In this document: positions 24,034 through 31,890 of the stretch, one piece after another | Layout: each line of letters begins with the position of its first letter | Position numbering within the stretch: the first letter of the stretch is position 1 | Source of the DNA: a virus | Strand: one strand, 5' to 3' | Virus record (IMG/VR): IMGVR_UViG_3300045988_146884 | DNA length: 32,557 bases | Translations under genes and position numbers: made by a program | The notes under the pieces: generated by a model | Seen by the model: only the letters and a program-made list of their open reading frames with translations | Database searches by the model: none | What the model was told of the DNA's origin: nothing

Positions 24034-24936
24034 ATGGAAATGAAATGGTGCCAACTACGCAAGAAAGCAATAAAACAGCCACTCAAACCGGGTAGCCCTG
24101 AGTGGATGAAGAAAATTACAGCCTCAAAGGTTGCGGCGATCCTGAAAGTGTCACCATACACCTCTAAATATGCCCTATGGCACGCGATGAAAGGCAATAT
24201 TGAAGGTAATTCGCCTACACAAGAGGTCGCGCAGCGCGGGCACATCCTAGAAGACGCTATTGCCAAATGGTACGCTCAACAGCACCCCGAATACTCTGTT
24301 ATAAATCCGCACGGTCTAGCTTGGAGTCGCGAAGTAATCACGGCAACACCTGACCGCATCATAGTTATACCAGAGGCTGGTAAAAAGTCACCTGAGGTGG
24401 TTGCGCTATTGGAATGCAAAACCGCTATGAATGGCGCTGAATGGGGCGCGACTGGTTCGGGTGCTGACGGTATCCCGCTAGGGTACTATGCACAGGTGCA
24501 GGCACAAATGTTCTGTACAGGCGTGAAAAAATGCGTTGTAGCCGCACTGATCGCAATGCAATTCCGTGAATACACGATAGAGTATGACGAGCAGTACGTA
24601 GAGCGCATGCGCCTAGAATGCTCAGAATTTGCGGCTTCTCTCGAGTCTGGCATTGAGCCTATTTTTTCTGAGGAGGAGGGTGACATGTCTATCTATGAGG
24701 CGGTGCGCGAGCTGCATCCTGATATTGATGATGCGCTGGTTGTCGCGTCTGACGATGCGGCTGCTCGCATTGAGCGTTTCCAGAGAATGAAGAAGCTGTA
24801 TAAGCAGACTGAAGCTATAGCTAAGAATTGGGCATCTATTGAGATGGGGCAGGCTGCTGAGCTTGAGTATAATGGTCGCGCCATTGCTAAGCGTCAGGCG
24901 CGCGGCACTGGAAAGCCTTTTGTCGTATTCAAGTAG
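24034..24936 (+). CDS. YqaJ-type (lambda Exo-like, PD-(D/E)XK) recombination exonuclease, about 300 aa
   Basis: Motifs: GSPEWMKKITASKVAAIL.VSPY.S.YALW, QRGHILEDAI, ATPDR, ALLECKTA. The start is ATG 24034 or, with better SD spacing, ATG 24040. Confidence 0.85.
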   Translation: MEMKWCQLRKKAIKQPLKPGSPEWMKKITASKVAAILKVSPYTSKYALWHAMKGNIEGNSPTQEVAQRGHILEDAIAKWYAQQHPEYSVINPHGLAWSREVITATPDRIIVIPEAGKKSPEVVALLECKTAMNGAEWGATGSGADGIPLGYYAQVQAQMFCTGVKKCVVAALIAMQFREYTIEYDEQYVERMRLECSEFAASLESGIEPIFSEEEGDMSIYEAVRELHPDIDDALVVASDDAAARIERFQRMKKLYKQTEAIAKNWASIEMGQAAELEYNGRAIAKRQARGTGKPFVVFK

Positions 24937-24949
24937 AATATGATTTATT

Positions 24950-25038
24950 TCACCCTCTATCAGCTTGATTATCCGGTAGGGGGTGATATACTAGAAATGT
25001 AGCCAGGAAGGGCTACACAACGAAAGGAAAGAAAAATG
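24950..25038 (+). promoter_or_regulatory. Second full copy of the hairpin, extended -10 and leader stem-loop element
   Basis: Stem TCACCCTCTATC (24950-24961) pairs with GGTAGGGGGTGA (24975-24986); both mismatches are G.T. Nt 24973-25038 are identical to 23712-23777 (66 nt). Confidence 0.6.
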
Positions 25039-25359
25039 GGAAAAGGAAAAATTATCTGGGAAGTCCGAAACCGCATCATGCACGGATGGGTAATCACCAA
25101 AGAAGGCGTAGGCTTCCACCTGCTAATTGAGCGCGACGACCCTACCGCCACCCACATAGAACTAACCATGCAAGGGCGCGTAATCCTAGTAGACGACTAC
25201 GAGGTGCAAGAATCCGAGATACGCGATCTGCTATTTGGTGAAATCCTGACCGAGGCGAATAGCCCGATGCTGGCAGATCAGGAATACGAGGAATCCGTGT
25301 CATGCTCGAAAGAATCGGCAGAAAAATTCTTCACCCACGCATACGAATCAATGCTATAA
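25036..25359 (+). CDS. Hypothetical acidic protein inserted between the exonuclease and recT, 107 aa
   Basis: ATG sits behind the duplicated promoter/leader. No motif recognised. Confidence 0.65.
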   Translation: MGKGKIIWEVRNRIMHGWVITKEGVGFHLLIERDDPTATHIELTMQGRVILVDDYEVQESEIRDLLFGEILTEANSPMLADQEYEESVSCSKESAEKFFTHAYESML

Positions 25360-25389
25360 ACCACTACACGAAAAGAATGGAAGCAGAAA

Positions 25390-26235
25390 ATGGTACAGCC
25401 ACAACCAGGAAACCAAATATCACGTAATCAACAGGGCAACCAGATCGCCATACGCGACCTTCAGAAGAATGTAATTGAGCCGCAGAAAGAATTTATTGCC
25501 GCAGCAATGCCAAAGCACATGCAGGGTGACGTACTCGGCTGGCTCGCAGCCGCATCATTGGTAATCCGGAATGATCCTAAGCTTGTATCTTTGGCGCTGA
25601 ATGATCCATTGCAGCTAACCGTGATGCTCCAGAAATCAGCACGCTACGGGCTTACACCTGGCACGGATGAGATTTATTTTGTGCCGCGTGGGCGCGAAAT
25701 CGTGGCAGATATAGGTTATAAGGGGTGGGTTGAGCTAATCCGTCGCGCCGGGTATGCAAAGAACATTCACCGAATAGCAGTACGCGAGGGCGACAAATTC
25801 GAGTACGTCGAGGGTATACACGAATCCCCAAAGTACATGCGCGCACCTGATGAAGAGCGGGGGCAGCTAGTGAAAGCTGTTGCCTGGGTTGAATATAATG
25901 ATCTTGCGGGTGGCGGTATATCACCTGTGGTACAGGTTGGCAAAGATCGCATACAGGCGGCTATGGATGCTTCGCAGACAGCCAGGAGTAAGTTCTCTCC
26001 GTGGCAGAAATATCCTGAAAAGATGTGGCTGAAAACCGCCTTGCGTGAGCTTGCTGGTGTAGTCGAATGGTCGGCTGAGGAACGTAGGGCTACGGCACTA
26101 GCAGCAATCCGCGAGAGGCGCGAGATTGAGCTTGATACTATGCGTATTGAGACTGAGCGTATGCAGGCCGAGGTTGCGATGATGGAGGCTAAAGCTAGAT
26201 TGCTAGAACTCCAGAATAAAAATGATTCTGTTTAA
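25390..26235 (+). CDS. recT: RecT-family single-strand annealing protein, 281 aa
   Basis: SARYGLTPGTDEIYFVPRG..ADIGYKGWVELIRRAGY..IAVREGDKFEY, plus pairing with a YqaJ exonuclease. Confidence 0.85.
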   Translation: MVQPQPGNQISRNQQGNQIAIRDLQKNVIEPQKEFIAAAMPKHMQGDVLGWLAAASLVIRNDPKLVSLALNDPLQLTVMLQKSARYGLTPGTDEIYFVPRGREIVADIGYKGWVELIRRAGYAKNIHRIAVREGDKFEYVEGIHESPKYMRAPDEERGQLVKAVAWVEYNDLAGGGISPVVQVGKDRIQAAMDASQTARSKFSPWQKYPEKMWLKTALRELAGVVEWSAEERRATALAAIRERREIELDTMRIETERMQAEVAMMEAKARLLELQNKNDSV

Positions 26236-26255
26236 TCTAGCTTAGGGTACCTCTT

Positions 26256-26288
26256 GTAACCTCCATGTATAATATGCATGGAGGTTAC
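26256..26288 (+). promoter_or_regulatory. 33-nt palindromic stem-loop covering the terS Shine-Dalgarno, with TATAAT in the loop
   Basis: GTAACCTCCATG-tataatatg-CATGGAGGTTAC. GGAGG (26280-26284) lies in the 3' arm, 7 nt before ATG 26292. Confidence 0.5.
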
Positions 26289-26291
26289 ATT

Positions 26292-26891
26292 ATGGCTAGT
26301 AAAAAAGAATGGCATCAGGGCATGAAATGTACGGCGGTTAGCCGTAGGACAGGGAACCCTTGCCGAAGCTACGCTGTGAAAGGTACTACTGTGTGCCGTA
26401 AGCATGGTGGCTCTGCACCTCAGATTAAAAAAGCGGCGAAGCTGAATTATGCACGCTATGTTGTCCAGGAGAAAGTGCGCCGCGAAGTAGGCGCACTAGC
26501 CGTAGATGTGCCTATCGAGTCACGTGTAACAGACCCACTCATAGAGCTACAACGGCTCACTACCGAAGCAATCCATTTCAAAGATGTGCTAGGCAAGATG
26601 GTGAATGAGCTGAAAGATATTGAGCGAATCACCACTGATGGGGCTGTGCAGATACGTGCCGCTGTGCAGCTGTACGGCGAGGCGATGGATCGCACCGCTA
26701 AATTCCTTGATATGGCAATGAAGCACGATATTGCCGGAAAAATTGTTCAGATTGAGGCTGCTAAGGTATCTGCCATATCAGCAGCTATTTCGCGTGCGCT
26801 GGCTTCCGCTGGTTTGTCGAGTGAGCAAGAGTCTACTGTGCGTAATACTCTCGCTATTGAGTTGCACGCCTTGGAAGCGCAGGAGGGGTAA
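26292..26891 (+). CDS. Putative terminase small subunit, 199 aa
   Basis: It sits immediately upstream of terL. The N-terminal Cys motif is KCTAVSRRTGNPCRSYAVKGTTVCRKHGGSAP. ATG 26292 with SD GGAGG is preferred over the track start at 26265, which lies inside the hairpin. Confidence 0.5.
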   Translation: MASKKEWHQGMKCTAVSRRTGNPCRSYAVKGTTVCRKHGGSAPQIKKAAKLNYARYVVQEKVRREVGALAVDVPIESRVTDPLIELQRLTTEAIHFKDVLGKMVNELKDIERITTDGAVQIRAAVQLYGEAMDRTAKFLDMAMKHDIAGKIVQIEAAKVSAISAAISRALASAGLSSEQESTVRNTLAIELHALEAQEG

Positions 26892-28371
26892 AATATTTTA
26901 CTCAGAGCTTGCGCGTGCCGTAGCCCCGCGTACCGTATCATGGGCTACCCCTGGTGAGCTTGCGGCAGACCTTGACCCTAAAAATGTTCAGACACCCGCA
27001 CTAGATGTTATCGACGCGGCGCTTGTGCGTGCCTATAATACGCCGGACGCGCGGCTAATTATCTCTATGCCTCCCCAGGAAGGTAAATCGCAGCGCGCTA
27101 CTCGCCGTTTCACTGAGTGGGTGCTTTCTAAAGACCCTGATAAGCGTGTGATTATTGCCTCCTATCAGGCAGCTATCGCGTCCGACTGGGGTCGCACCAT
27201 TAGAAACGACATACGCGAGCACGGCGACAAAATGCAGATAGAGCTTGCAGCTGACTCATCGGCAGCGCATTACTGGCATATACGAGGGCATACAGGGTCA
27301 TTATTTTGCACCGGCGTAGGCGGCTCCATGACCGGCAAACCAGCTGATGTGCTGATTATTGACGACCCCGTGCGAGGTATGGAAGATGCCCGCTCGGAGG
27401 CTTACCAGCGTCGCGCTTGGTCGTGGTGGACATCCACAGCGTCCACACGTCTAGCACCTGGCGCACCTGTAATCATGATCCTAACCCGCTGGCACGAGAA
27501 TGACCTTGCAGGGCAGGTAATGGCTAATCAACCCGGCGAATGGGAATACATACGCATACCTGCACAGGCAGACCATAGACCAGAGCATAGCGAGACAGAC
27601 ATTCTAGGCCGCGAACCTGGGGAATTTATGATTAGCGCCCGTGGACGCTCGCGCGAGAACTGGGAGAAACGCAAACGTGACGCTAACCCGCAGGCATGGG
27701 CGGCACTATACCAAGGCACACCTGCACCTGACGAGGGCGGCATATTCCCAGCATCTGATGCTTTAGCGCGCTACACGTCGCCTATATGGGTAGAAAACCC
27801 AGACGGGTCACGGATATTCCCAGGCATAGCCAACGGTGGGATACTCGTACAATCCTGGGACTTGACTTTTAAGGACACTAGCGGGTCTGATTATGCTGTT
27901 GGGCAGACATGGTACTCAGAGGGCAACACTGCGTATCTTGTGGATATGGTGCGTGAGCGCATGAATTTCACCCGCACATGCGAAGCAATCGAAGCTATGG
28001 CAGCAAAGTACCCGCAAGCAACGATAAAATATGTTGAGGACAAGGCGAATGGCCCCGCCGTGATCGACTCTCTACGTTCACGCGTATCTGGCATTATTCC
28101 TGTGAACCCTGAGGGTGGTAAGGTCGTGCGAGCTAACGCTGTTACTGCGTATATTCACGCGAAAAATGTGCTATTCCCGTCGCCGGCTCTACTGCCAAAT
28201 GTGGAAGAGCTGATAACAGAGATGCGGCAATTCCCCGCTGGTGCACACGATGATACTGTGGATGCTATGACTCAGGCGCTCAATCAAATCTACCACCACC
28301 CGATATATGGCGGGTATGATGATGTGCAAGACTATACCGAATCTGACTATGAGATAGGATACGCATACTAA
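26857..28371 (+). CDS. terL: Terminase large subunit (start uncertain: TTG 26857, GTG 26821 or ATG 26731)
   Basis: Walker A-like SMPPQEGKS, Walker B VLIIDDP, coupling motif TRWHENDL, and a C-terminal nuclease region (..VEDKANGPAVI..HDDTVDAMTQAL). Confidence 0.9.
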   Translation: MSCTPWKRRRGKIFYSELARAVAPRTVSWATPGELAADLDPKNVQTPALDVIDAALVRAYNTPDARLIISMPPQEGKSQRATRRFTEWVLSKDPDKRVIIASYQAAIASDWGRTIRNDIREHGDKMQIELAADSSAAHYWHIRGHTGSLFCTGVGGSMTGKPADVLIIDDPVRGMEDARSEAYQRRAWSWWTSTASTRLAPGAPVIMILTRWHENDLAGQVMANQPGEWEYIRIPAQADHRPEHSETDILGREPGEFMISARGRSRENWEKRKRDANPQAWAALYQGTPAPDEGGIFPASDALARYTSPIWVENPDGSRIFPGIANGGILVQSWDLTFKDTSGSDYAVGQTWYSEGNTAYLVDMVRERMNFTRTCEAIEAMAAKYPQATIKYVEDKANGPAVIDSLRSRVSGIIPVNPEGGKVVRANAVTAYIHAKNVLFPSPALLPNVEELITEMRQFPAGAHDDTVDAMTQALNQIYHHPIYGGYDDVQDYTESDYEIGYAY

Positions 28372-29777
28372 TGAGTATTTTCAGTGCGCGCCGTGAGCGT
28401 CGAGAGCTGCAAGAAGCCACGCGAGACCTACAGGAATCAATCGCCGATCTAGAGCAGGCGTGGGCACAAAATACGGAATGGCGGTCTATCGCAGCCGCAG
28501 CAGAAACAGAGTTCTCACTGTCTGGTATTCAGAACATTGCTGAGACCTGCCGTGTGCTTGCTGTCGCAGACCCGCTAGGCAAGCGCGGTGTGAGCATCCG
28601 CACATCATATGTTTTTGGGTCTGGGGTAGGTATCACCTGTGATGAAGAATCTGGCGTAAACGAAATCATTCAGTCATTCCTTGACGACCCCGATAATCGC
28701 ATCTCCCTTACCGGGCATAGCGCACACCAGACACTCGGAGTACAGGAAGCAGCAGACGGAAACATATTTTTCCTGCTATTTACCGACACTACCACAGGTC
28801 GCATAGTAGTACGCACTGAAGGCATCGAGCATATCGAGAAAATCCTGCCAATGCAGGAAGACAGTGCACGCCCAGCACTATACCTGCGCTCCCACTACCA
28901 AGACGGGCGCACTACTAAGACCTGGCACCCCGCACTAGGCTACCAACCCGCAAGCAGGTACGCAGAAGTAGACGGCACACCTGTAGACTGGCACACACCC
29001 ATCTACCACCATGCGGTAAACCGCGTACCCATGTCACTATTAGGCACGCCAGACCTTTTCGCTGCCTCCCCCTGGATCAGCGCCTACAAAAACTACCTAC
29101 AAGACTGGGCGCGGTTGATGCGCTCCATCAGCAAAATAAGCCACCGTATCACAGGCAAAACATCACGCGCCGTACAAGACGCACGCCGCGCAATACAGCA
29201 AGCCGCAGCAGCAACACAGCCCGGCGCAATAGGGCTAGTAGACGCAGAAATCACCACCATGCCAAACACAGGCGCAACCATAGACGCAGAATCAGGTAAA
29301 CCCCTAGCCGCCATGATCGCAGCAGCACTAGGCGTACCAGTAACCATGCTACTCGCAGACCCAGGCCAAACCGGAGCCCGCGCAGTAGCCGAAACACTCG
29401 ACCGCCCCCTACAACTCGAAATTGAAGCGCGCCGCCGCACCTGGGAAGAAACCTACCGAGCAATCATTAACCACATCATCGACACGCATGAAGCGCTAGG
29501 AAACCTCCCAGCAGACGCACCACGCACCATTACCTTCCATTGGGACGACATAACACCCGAACCCACCCAAGCCCAGCTAGACGCAATCACGACAGCAGAC
29601 CAGCTAGGCGTACTCCCACTCGACCAAACCGCACTACTCGCAATGCGCGCCCTCGGTATCACAGACCCCGACGAAAAAATCAACCAACTCCGCGACGAAA
29701 ACGGGCAAATCCACCGCACCACCGAAACCACAGGCGACGCACTAATCCGCGCCGCATACGCAGGAGAAATCAAATGA
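28371..29777 (+). CDS. Portal protein, 468 aa
   Basis: TAATG coupling to terL. Size and synteny fit (terL, then portal, then MuF-like). Confidence 0.8.
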   Translation: MSIFSARRERRELQEATRDLQESIADLEQAWAQNTEWRSIAAAAETEFSLSGIQNIAETCRVLAVADPLGKRGVSIRTSYVFGSGVGITCDEESGVNEIIQSFLDDPDNRISLTGHSAHQTLGVQEAADGNIFFLLFTDTTTGRIVVRTEGIEHIEKILPMQEDSARPALYLRSHYQDGRTTKTWHPALGYQPASRYAEVDGTPVDWHTPIYHHAVNRVPMSLLGTPDLFAASPWISAYKNYLQDWARLMRSISKISHRITGKTSRAVQDARRAIQQAAAATQPGAIGLVDAEITTMPNTGATIDAESGKPLAAMIAAALGVPVTMLLADPGQTGARAVAETLDRPLQLEIEARRRTWEETYRAIINHIIDTHEALGNLPADAPRTITFHWDDITPEPTQAQLDAITTADQLGVLPLDQTALLAMRALGITDPDEKINQLRDENGQIHRTTETTGDALIRAAYAGEIK

Positions 29778-30619
29778 CCCCAGAAGAATACGCCCAAAAC
29801 CTACAAGACGACCTAACCCAAATAGAAAACCAGCACGCACAACCACTCATCATCGCCGCACACCAAAACCACCAAAACCTAACCGCCACCCTAGCCTCAA
29901 TCACCGCACTAGGCACACTCACACCACGCCACACACAACGTAAACAACAAACCGCCGCACTCACCACATATGCAGCAACTCTAGCTACCATCCAACACCA
30001 AACCAACCAAGCCGCAGAACAAGCCGCACAACAGGCAGTAGCCACCACACACCACCACCTCCAAAACTACACAACACAAACACTCCCACAGCCCACACCA
30101 CCACCCAAACCAGAAAAAATAAAACTCACAGGCCTCAAAACCAAAATCACCCAAATAGCCACCGCAATATCACTAGGCATAAACCTAGCCACCCAACAAG
30201 CCTCAAGACGCACCACCCAAACACTCACCCAACACACCCAAACCCAAGGCTGGCAATGGGTAGCACAACTCGACAAAAACACCTGCCGATCATGCATCAT
30301 GCACCACGGAGAAAAACACATGAGCGGCACACTACACTCACACCCAAACTGCCGCTGCGTCATGGCACCTCTCCTAAGTCAGTATCCTGACATTACCGCT
30401 CGTAACTCGGGTAGGGAGTGGTTTGACTCACTAGATTTCGATTCGCAGGTTGAGGCTATCGCTGGTGTTGCGTCGTCGCCTCAGGGTATGGAGGTTGTGC
30501 GCGGTTTGGCTGATGGGTCTATCGCGTGGTCTGACCTGTCGCGGCGTGCTCGCTGGTATGATGGGTCTATGTATTGGACTCAACGTAATTTGTCTGACAT
30601 TTTGGCTAGGAGGAAGTAG
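29774..30619 (+). CDS. Head morphogenesis protein, SPP1 gp7 / Mu F-like minor capsid protein, 281 aa
   Basis: ATGA overlap with portal, SD caggag. Signature motif: LDKNTCRSCIMHHG...HSHPNCRC. The track extension 29540-29773 is an alternative frame of the portal 3' end. Confidence 0.75.
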   Translation: MTPEEYAQNLQDDLTQIENQHAQPLIIAAHQNHQNLTATLASITALGTLTPRHTQRKQQTAALTTYAATLATIQHQTNQAAEQAAQQAVATTHHHLQNYTTQTLPQPTPPPKPEKIKLTGLKTKITQIATAISLGINLATQQASRRTTQTLTQHTQTQGWQWVAQLDKNTCRSCIMHHGEKHMSGTLHSHPNCRCVMAPLLSQYPDITARNSGREWFDSLDFDSQVEAIAGVASSPQGMEVVRGLADGSIAWSDLSRRARWYDGSMYWTQRNLSDILARRK

Positions 30620-31539
30620 TGTCTAGTGTGCATTTGATTGAGTCTGAGGGTGAGCCTACTGGCTCCCTTGTGGCTGTGACTATCATTACGCCCGGTAAGG
30701 GAAGTTCTGGTGAGTACCCGCCAGAGACTATTAAGAAGCTTGCTGAGTCGCCTATTTGGGATTCACCTGTTCACATGTATATGAACCATGCGACAGGTAG
30801 TGAGCGTGCGTCTCGCCCTGAGGGTGATATTCGTGAGCTTGCTGGTGTGATTGATGGTCGTCCCGTGGTGGACGATACTGGGGCACTGGTTGGGCGTGCG
30901 AAGATTTTCCCCGAGTACAGGGACTTCATTCGTGAACGCGCACCATACATCGGCGTGTCTATTAACGCTTCTGGTATAATGGCGCCTGGAAAAGACCGCG
31001 TGATTAAAGAGATAACTCAGGTCGATTCTGTTGATTTTGTTACGAAGCCGGGGCGCGGCGGGAAAATTACTGCCGTCCTGGAATCTAGTAGAGAGGTGGA
31101 CGGCATGGCGAACATTGTTGAAGCTGTTGGCGTACCCGTGGATAAGCCGAAGGCGGCACCCGCACCTGTGCAGGATGCACCTAAGGCTGAGTCGCCCGAA
31201 GTTACCGAGCTGAAAAAGCAGGTTGAAGACCTGAAAGCAGAGCGTGACGAGCTGAAAGCTAAAGTAGAAGAGCTGCAAGCAGAGAGCGCTAAGAAGGATG
31301 CTGAGGCTGTCGTAGCTGAGGCGTTCCGCAACGTAGACGCGCCCATGACTCGTAAGATGCTTGTTGAGTCCGCTGCATCCTTGAGCAAGGATGAGTTCGA
31401 GACTCGCGTCCAGGAATCCCTCAAAGAAGTACTGGCTGCAAAGTCTGCACAGTCTCCCGTCTACGGCATGGGCGCACACGTGCAGGAGTCTCAGTCCGCA
31501 ACCGTTGACGATATTCTCTCGATCATGAAGGGGCTATAA
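30619..31539 (+). CDS. Capsid scaffolding protein (possibly fused to a protease-like N-domain), 306 aa
   Basis: GTG start after AGGAGGAAG. The C-terminal half is a charged coiled coil (ELKKQVEDLKAERDELKAKVEELQAESAKKDAEA). It sits two genes upstream of the capsid gene. Confidence 0.6.
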   Translation: MSSVHLIESEGEPTGSLVAVTIITPGKGSSGEYPPETIKKLAESPIWDSPVHMYMNHATGSERASRPEGDIRELAGVIDGRPVVDDTGALVGRAKIFPEYRDFIRERAPYIGVSINASGIMAPGKDRVIKEITQVDSVDFVTKPGRGGKITAVLESSREVDGMANIVEAVGVPVDKPKAAPAPVQDAPKAESPEVTELKKQVEDLKAERDELKAKVEELQAESAKKDAEAVVAEAFRNVDAPMTRKMLVESAASLSKDEFETRVQESLKEVLAAKSAQSPVYGMGAHVQESQSATVDDILSIMKGL

Positions 31540-31543
31540 ACAA

Positions 31544-31870
31544 ATGGCTACTAATGTTTCCTATGGCAAAGGCGAACACATCGCCCTCATCGCCGACCAA
31601 AAGTACGTATCCGGTGCACCTGTCCGTATCGGCGCTATCGCAGGCGTAGCAATGACTACCGCAGAACAGGGGCAAAAGGTCACTATCTGGCGCAACGGTT
31701 CATACCGCCTGCCCGTGAAGGAAACCGTGCAGGCTGGCGCTATCGTCAAGCTCGGTGCCGATGGTGTACTTACCACTGGTGCAGGCAAAATCTGGGGCGT
31801 AGCACTCCAAACCTCCGCATCCGCTGGCGCAACCATTGAGGTTGCCCCTGTTGGCGTAGCATTCGACTAA
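31544..31870 (+). CDS. DUF2190-like head decoration/cement protein, 108 aa
   Basis: About 110 aa and Gly/Ala/Val-rich (..GAPVRIGAIAGVAMT..GQKVTIW..G...L). It lies between the scaffold and major capsid genes. Confidence 0.55.
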   Translation: MATNVSYGKGEHIALIADQKYVSGAPVRIGAIAGVAMTTAEQGQKVTIWRNGSYRLPVKETVQAGAIVKLGADGVLTTGAGKIWGVALQTSASAGATIEVAPVGVAFD

Positions 31871-31890
31871 AGCAAAGGACAAAAATTCTA

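Noticed and set aside
26265-26291. ATG 26265 as the terS start, and ATG 26731 as the certain terL start
   Set aside because: 26265 lies inside the palindrome stem-loop and has no SD, whereas ATG 26292 has GGAGG at the right distance. 26731 would give a 160-nt overlap with terS and a Cys/Leu/Arg-rich out-of-frame-looking N-terminus, so it is kept only as one possibility.
29540-29773. An N-terminal extension of the MuF-like ORF (R/P/T/N/H-rich, about 78 aa)
   Set aside because: It is an alternative frame of the A+C-rich 3' end of the portal gene. ATG 29774, with SD caggag and an ATGA overlap, is a normal coupled start.
30763-31479. Minus-strand ORFs of 238 and 135 aa opposite the scaffold gene, and similar ones opposite the tape measure (4543-5034, 5397-6014, 6538-7080)
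   Set aside because: These are shadow ORFs within long, well-supported + strand genes. They have no start context, and their composition mirrors the sense strand.
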